Below are positions 60,126-64,000 of a stretch of 64,000 nucleotides of DNA, piece by piece. This stretch comes from the human T2T-CHM13v2.0 reference genome, Homo sapiens, in assembly GCF_009914755.1 (NCBI RefSeq), contig NC_060938.1; one strand, given 5' to 3'. Position 1 is the first letter of the stretch. Every line of letters begins with the position of its first letter. The position numbers and the translations under genes were made by a program. The notes below the pieces were generated by a model. The model was given only the letters and a program-made list of their open reading frames with translations, was not told the origin of the DNA and searched no databases.

Positions 60126-61879
60126 ATGATATTAGCCTGCATCTCAGAAGGGAAAGCAAGATGAGCCATTGAGTGTAGAACTTGTTACCAATAAAAATTA
60201 CCTGCACCTGTGTGCCCTGGCACCACTTCTAAGATGTTTTTGCCAAAAGTAAAAGACTACTGTCTGATGCTCATGTTCATAATGTGCCACGTACTTTCTC
60301 TCCAAACTCTTGAATGCATATCACATCAATTTTTCCCCAAACACCGAAGAAATAGGATTTATTCATTTATTTCACCTTGGTTGCATGTCTATAGAACCAA
60401 GGCAATGTTTTAAGCACTTGTAATTTGTTTAATCCCTGAACAAAACACAAAACAAAACAGACTATGCCTTTTTGGAGGAGTTTTGTGGATTTCGATGTAA
60501 GGGAAATTGACAGCATCTAAGAAAAAGGGAGAGTGTCTAACAAACAACTGGGCAATCATGTAGAGTAGGTTTTAATCAGCATTCATTTCTTAAATGTTAG
60601 GAATGCTGAAGACAAATATGCCTGGAGTAGAATTTTTTTTTGGTTTTATAGATTATACTATCATCATTCTTTCTCATCTTTGTTTTCCTACCTATTAAAT
60701 AGGGCTACCAAAAGAGAAAGTTGTGCATTCCTCTGTCTTAGGATATGTAGTCTTCACTTTTCCCATACTTGGACATGTTATATATTTTTTGGTGGCAGAA
60801 ATGAGAGAGATCAATAATCAATACTGTTGGTTGGAAGATGTCAAGTAAAACTTCCATCCATCCGGACACTGTTCTTTGTTCATGCATGGATGCTAGATGC
60901 CACAAGATCTTGAAAGCTAATAAGAAGGCAGACTAGGGATCTTTCAATCCAGGATGACATGGGGGAAGGGAAGATTACTATTATTTTTAACAAATCTCTT
61001 GATTATGTTTCTGCTATTTGTCATAGTATTTGAGTTTTGTGATGCTGACACTGTAGAACTAAAACATGAAGAGGATTGTGAAAACTTACAATGGGAGAAC
61101 TTCTTCCCCCAATGTAATGTAGTCAAGATGTACAGCTTTTATAGGTGATTGGAGTCCTCCATGACCTTACATAGGAACGTACAAGTACGTACTAATACAA
61201 TCTCTTAAATGTGAGCAAACTAGAATGGTTCTGTCTTTTCTGTGTTCTCTAGCACTCCCAAAGTTTCCTTCCTTAAAGGGAAGTCTTGTTACAATGACAT
61301 ATTGAAGGGCAATAATCTTCATGAGCATTGGAAAGAGAAAAATAGCAAGCTTGAATAACAGTATTTTTTGAAGATTCTTCAAGATTTACTCAAGATATTT
61401 TTTTTCTTAAGAGTTCCAATCTGGAGTGACTCCTGATTATGCACTGAAACCTTTGAAGAACTTCCTATGTGTTTATAAAATGATTCATTCTACTTTGTTG
61501 AGCTCTTAAATGCCTGTGCCCCAAACACAGTAAAAGCCCATGACTATGTTCAGTATTATTAGGAACATGGAAGAGTGAGTCATTTTTCCACCTCTGTTTA
61601 ATGAAACCTCTTTGTTCTGATGAGACTGTGTGATCTAGGGTTTTAAACTCAAAGTATATTAACTAGGAAATATAGAAGCTAAGAAAAAAATGCAGAAAAG
61701 CCATCTCCTGAGGCACTGGGAAAAGCTAAGAGTCTTAAGTGGGAAAACGATAGAGTTTTGTAATAAATATGATAAACAATATAAGCCAGTGGGTTTATGT
61801 TCCAGTGAAATCTTTACTAAATATGTGTTATTTTCTAAAATACTCTTACTGTTTAAATAAATGCATACTTAAACTGCTT

Positions 61880-62130
61880 AATAATTTAAACATTTAGAAC
61901 TTATCTGGTAGAATACTGTGCACCTTACATAAATTAACCGATTAACTGACTTAACACTTATAACATTCCCAAGAGTTAGCTACTATTACTGTTCTCAGTT
62001 TACAGATGAAGAAGTTGAGGGACAGAGATATAAAGTAACTTGGTCATTGTCATGTACACAAGGAGTAGTGGCTCCAGAACTTGAATCCAGGTAGTCTTTC
62101 TCCGGAACTCATACTCCTAACCACTAAATG
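61880..62130 (-). mobile_element. MIR
   Basis: CAGTTTACAGATGAAGAAGTTGAGGGACAGAGA...AAGTAACTTG...CTTGAATCCAGG. Confidence 0.8.
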
Positions 62131-62242
62131 TTTCTCAGTAGGTTATCTATTTTTGTTCCCATATCAGGCAGTTTATTAATAGCTTACATCAATATGTATA
62201 CTGTTGTAAGTACTATTTTATCACATTTAGAGAGCTATTTTC

Positions 62243-62608
<366 letters not shown>

Positions 62609-62862
62609 TTATTTGTATTCGGGATTGGAGCAAGAGGTAAAGGAATTAAGAAATAGCTGTACTGTTTAGCTGGAAACCAACAACCCAATTTTGTTGCTGT
62701 GAAAGTTGACTACTTTCTATGCTATAAATTATTTTGGAAAATAGTTTGAATTATTTATGGATTATTATTTTGGAAAATAGTCTACTTTAACAGAAAGTAT
62801 ACAGTGGTTAAGCTTGGAAACTTTAGAACACTTTCTTTTAATGGGGTAAGGGAGAAGGAAAA

Positions 62863-63162
62863 TTTTTTTTGTTTTGTTTTTGAAATGGAATCTCACTCTG
62901 TTGCACAGGCTGGAGTGCACTGGCATGATCTTGGCTCACTGCAACCTCTGCCTTCTGTGTTCAAGTGATTTCCCTGCCTCAGCCTCCTGAGTAGCTGGGA
63001 TTACAGGCACCTGCCACCACACTGGGCTAATTTTTGTATTTTAAATAGAGATGGGTTTTACAATGTTGGCCAGGCTGGTCTCAAACTCCTGACCTCAAGT
63101 GATCCACCTGCGTAGGCCTCCCAAAATGTTGGGATTATAGGCATGAGCCACCACACCTGGCC
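62863..63162 (-). mobile_element. AluSx/Sz-like
   Basis: Full antisense dimer; TSD GGAGAAGGAAAATTTT. Confidence 0.95.
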
Positions 63163-63359
63163 AGGAGAAGGAAAATTTTCATTAGTTCCTGGTCAGAACA
63201 TGGTACTTAGAAAGGATATGGAGGAAACAGTGGAGGTATTGGTCCACTCAGCTATACGTTGAAGACCTGCCAGGATCCCCTAGATTCAAGTCTTATCACT
63301 TGCTAGGTATTTGGTAATGTGCAAAGGAGAGAGAGAGAACTTGCCTTGTAGAACCTTGT

Positions 63360-63512
63360 TAGTCCAAGTGTGGCCCAGCAGTACTGACATCAGTAGGGAG
63401 CTCATTAGAAATGCAGAATCTCAGTCCCCACCTAGACCTATTAAATCAGAACCTTCATTTTGACAAGATCCCCGGAGGATTCATTTGCCTATTAAAGTTT
63501 GATAAACATTGT
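63360..63512. mobile_element. MER5A-like
   Basis: CTCATTAGAAATGCAGAATCTCAGTCCCCACCTAGACCTATTAAATCAGAA...ACAAGATCCCC...AAAGTTTGA. Confidence 0.8.
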
Positions 63513-63524
63513 AATGGAAGGAAG

Positions 63525-64000
63525 TGTAAACCAAAGATAAAATTCTAAGGTTCCCCTAACCATCTGAATGGACCCCTTCTCTCTGCCAAGGGCATTCCAG
63601 AGTTAACCTGAAAAACTAGTTTATGATGGAAGAGGGGGTCAGACCTGCCTCTTTATACCCTTCAGCATTAACATCAACACAGACCTTAAGTCTGATAAGA
63701 AACACTTATAGTCTGTTCTCACTCAGACATTCTTTTCTATTGATAATAACTCTTTCAACTAATTGCCAATCAGAAAAATTTTAAATCTACCTATGACCTG
63801 GAAGCCCCCACTTCTAGTTGTCTCACCCTTCCAGATCAAACTGGTGTAAATCTTCCATGTATTACTTGATGTTTTGATGTCTCCCTAAAATGTATAAAAG
63901 CAAGCTATACCTCAACCACCTTGGAAACATGTTGTCAGGAACTTCTGAGGCTGTGTCCCAGGTGTGTCCTTAACTTTTGCAAAATGAACTTTCTAAATTA
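63525..64000 (+). mobile_element. MER4-family (ERV1) LTR, runs off the window end
   Basis: TGTAAACCAAAGATAAAATTCTAAGG...ACCATCTGAATGGAC start. Confidence 0.8.

Noticed and set aside
60954-61148. 64-aa ATG ORF with a hydrophobic N-terminal stretch
   Set aside because: No recognisable family, and T-rich DNA readily gives hydrophobic ORFs; would need Ribo-seq or PhyloCSF support.

Overview
Primate (very likely human) nuclear DNA: AT-rich, CpG-poor, no CpG island, and no protein-coding exon or RNA gene that I can support. It looks intergenic or deep-intronic. Much of it is interspersed repeat: an internally deleted ERVL-class provirus with both LTR16-type LTRs (about 0.7-5.3 kb); a full-length but dead L1PA6-like LINE-1 (33.85-39.98 kb, minus) nested in an older L1M; about 14 Alus or Alu fragments, including a very young AluYa4/Ya5-type copy; many solo LTRs; DNA-transposon fossils (MER5, MADE1, MER6); and MIR/L2 fragments and microsatellites. 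The only ORFs in the track with recognisable protein homology are L1 ORF1/ORF2 fragments. I do not see a novel coding system. The notable signals are structural: (1) a 130-bp non-tandem local duplication (22.8 kb to 25.2 kb); (2) a young Alu whose target T-run is the mutated first bases of an LTR; (3) a 21-bp minisatellite with fold-back inversions inside MER6; (4) an apparent ~1-kb target deletion at the L1PA6 insertion; (5) serial Alu insertions into one target site. Subfamily names come from recalled consensus sequences and need RepeatMasker/Dfam confirmation. Boundaries of old repeats are approximate.
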